Part shown: positions 63,061 through 64,000 of the stretch, in pieces | Layout: every line of letters starts with the position of its first letter | How positions within the stretch are numbered: the stretch's first letter is position 1 | Translations under genes and position numbers: made by a program | Notes under the pieces: generated by a model | Database searches by the model: none | What the model saw: only the letters and a program-made list of their open reading frames with translations | What the model was told of the DNA's origin: nothing | Source of the DNA: Podarcis cretensis | Lineage: Eukaryota | DNA length: 64,000 bases | Assembly: GCA_951804945.1 (NCBI GenBank) | Contig: OX638158.1 | Location: 34,658,001-34,722,000 of the forward strand | Direction: 5' to 3'

Positions 63061-63302
63061 CATGGGTAGACAAACTAAGGCCCAGGGGCCGGATCCAGCC
63101 CAATCACCTTCTAAATCCAGCCCACAGACGGTCCGGAAATCAGCATGTTTTTACATGTGTCCTTTGATTTAAAATGCATCTCTGGGTTATTTGTGGGGCA
63201 TAGGAATTCATTCATCCCCCCCCCCCCAAATATAGTCCGGCCTCCCACAAGGTCTGAGGGACAGCAGACTGGCCCCCTGCTGAAAAAGTTTGCTGACCCC
63301 TG
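63061..63302. mobile_element. hAT-Charlie (MER20-like) MITE
   Basis: Termini CATGGGTAGACAAACT / AGTTTGCTGACCCCTG; perfect TSD ATCTAGTA (63053-63060 and 63303-63310). Confidence 0.9.
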
Positions 63303-63598
63303 ATCTAGTAGCACCTCCAAATTATCTATCTGCTCCTTTTGGGGGCGGGTGGGATGAGGCTTCATTCAAAACCTATTTGGGCCACTTAACTGGACAAATG
63401 AACTACTCATAAGCAGTATTTCTGCCTTAGCTGGATTAGGTTTCAGTTTATTGTTCCTCATTCAGTCCATTATTAAGTTTAACTACTGGTTTAGAATGTC
63501 TACTGGCTCACCTTAATTAGATGAGAGGTAACGTAGAGCTAGATGGTGTTACCTGAGCCCACATCCCCCTCAATGATTCTCATTCATTTAACTTAGAT

Positions 63599-63733
63599 CA
63601 GGGTTTCCCAAACTTGAGTCTCCAGCTGTTGTTAGACTACAACTCCCATCATCCCTAACTAGCAGGATCAGTGAGCAGAGATGTTGGGAACTGTAGTCCA
63701 AATACAGCTGGAACTCAAGTTTGGAAAACCCTG
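63599..63733. mobile_element. Palindromic hAT MITE (gactacaactcccatcatcc family)
   Basis: CAGGGTTTCCCAAACTTGAG ... CTCAAGTTTGGAAAACCCTG. Confidence 0.85.
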
Positions 63734-64000
63734 AAAAGATTTTTAAAAGCATAGGAGATAAAATAGAGCCTTGTGGATCTCCACCTAAACCCTTTGACCC
63801 AATGATACTGTATTTCATTTGCAATTGTAATACATTGAGAACCACAGGGAGAAGCTTGGGAGGCTCCTGGAATATATTCTTGAAGATTTTCCCTTGACAG
63901 ACTACAGGATTCTTTAAATTCCTTTTGAATGAAGTAAGTGCAATGGCACTTGCCCACATTCTTCCTACTCTATCTTTGTCTTTTCCTCCCTCTGTAGTTT

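Noticed and set aside
63960-64000. Plus-strand pyrimidine tract plus AG at the window edge
   Set aside because: Only 3 nt follow, so it cannot be assigned to any exon (for example NUP205) from this window.

Overview
Vertebrate genomic DNA from a squamate, probably a lacertid lizard judging by its Sauria/POM-type SINEs. The window is dominated by one complete minus-strand gene, CNOT4 (CCR4-NOT subunit 4, RING/RRM E3 ligase). It has a CpG-island promoter and non-coding exon 1 at about 58.7-58.9 kb. Twelve coding exons run from 41947 down to 5950, all GT-AG with consistent phases, totalling 2289 nt (762 aa). These include a 156-nt symmetric exon that is not in the human protein as I recall it. 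The ~1-kb 3'UTR has AATAAA at 4918-4923. Introns and flanks hold Sauria SINEs, other tRNA-derived SINEs, CR1/L2 fragments and many non-autonomous hAT and Tc1/mariner (Tigger-like) MITEs, several with intact TSDs. Most interesting non-obvious signals: (i) a strong 3' splice site inside the 17-kb intron (18391) that gives an immediate in-frame stop, either as a 19-nt poison micro-exon or as the start of a ~2.4-kb alternative last exon; (ii) a start-stop element plus a strong-Kozak 19-codon uORF in exon 1; (iii) the extra 52-aa exon with a DAWPSL motif; (iv) a tandem array of 26-bp palindromes inside a MITE; (v) a ZNF143/THAP11-type promoter motif shared with an abundant palindromic hAT MITE. A possible tiny terminal exon of the syntenic STRA8 gene lies at the far left. 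I found no evidence for a wholly new multi-gene system; the candidate novelty is post-transcriptional control of CNOT4.
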